Shown here piece by piece: positions 63,801 to 64,000 of a stretch of 64,000 nt of DNA. The DNA is taken from positions 248,001 through 312,000 of IMG/VR virus record IMGVR_UViG_3300042564_002819. One strand, given 5' to 3'. How positions within the stretch are numbered: the first letter of the stretch is position 1; each line of letters begins with the position of its first letter. The position numbers were made by a program, and so were the translations under genes. The notes below the pieces were generated by a model. That model did not search any database. It saw only the letters and a program-made list of their open reading frames with translations, and had not been told where the DNA came from.

Positions 63801-63836
63801 ACGATAATTCAAAATAGATTTAAGGTGAATTATGAC

Positions 63837-63865
63837 TTGACAGAACACCGGTTGAGTTGTATGTT
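63837..63865 (+). promoter_or_regulatory. Sigma70-type promoter
   Basis: TTGACA-N17-TATGTT. Confidence 0.65.
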
Positions 63866-63886
63866 GAACTATAGAGGAGAAGATTT

Positions 63887-64000
63887 ATGATCAATAAAGA
63901 ACCTAAGCAATACCTTTGGGTCAAGCAGGGCCGTGCTCCGATTTTTGTTACAGATTTAGTAGCACTATACAAGGATCACGACTTTGATCCTGCTGAGGAT
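63887..64000 (+). CDS. 5' end of a gene running off the window
   Basis: GAGGAG SD then ATG. Confidence 0.65.
   Translation, partial: MINKEPKQYLWVKQGRAPIFVTDLVALYKDHDFDPAED

Noticed and set aside
1-64000. CRISPR array, integrase or transposase
   Set aside because: No regularly spaced direct repeats and no recognisable recombinase or transposase motifs seen
1-64000. Stop-codon reassignment
   Set aside because: Known genes are full length in the standard code, packing is tight, and no suppressor anticodon was found

Overview
64 kb segment of a large, AT-rich, T4-like lytic phage, almost entirely + strand and densely coding. The host is most likely an alphaproteobacterium: the tmRNA is two-piece, tRNA-His has G1-U72/A73 and no G-1, and a hemO/pcyX-like pair is present. 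Gene content: putative head-internal proteins, exonuclease, tail-fibre-like protein, nrdAB/glutaredoxin, PAAR, Pho-box-controlled pstS, porin, bS21, guaC, hsp20, clpS, a curli (CsgF/CsgG/curlin)-FecR-CHASE2 cyclase cluster, ornithine decarboxylase, IF1, TilS, 12 tRNAs, rIIA/rIIB and an RNA-repair/ADP-ribosylation region. Top observations: (1) an unannotated 30-codon leader-peptide attenuator in front of the tRNA array, whose early codons match the phage tRNAs encoded downstream, suggesting a tRNA-shortage sensor; (2) a 1019-aa protein fusing a putative R-S-E ADP-ribosyltransferase, about 8 KOW repeats and a sigma70 region 1.1, directly followed by an ADP-ribosylglycohydrolase; (3) several unexplained structured RNAs, including a 6S-like rod; (4) a likely -1 frameshift, nested genes, leaderless late genes and a TacA-like antitoxin mimic. 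All calls come from reading sequence and motifs by eye; no database searches were run.
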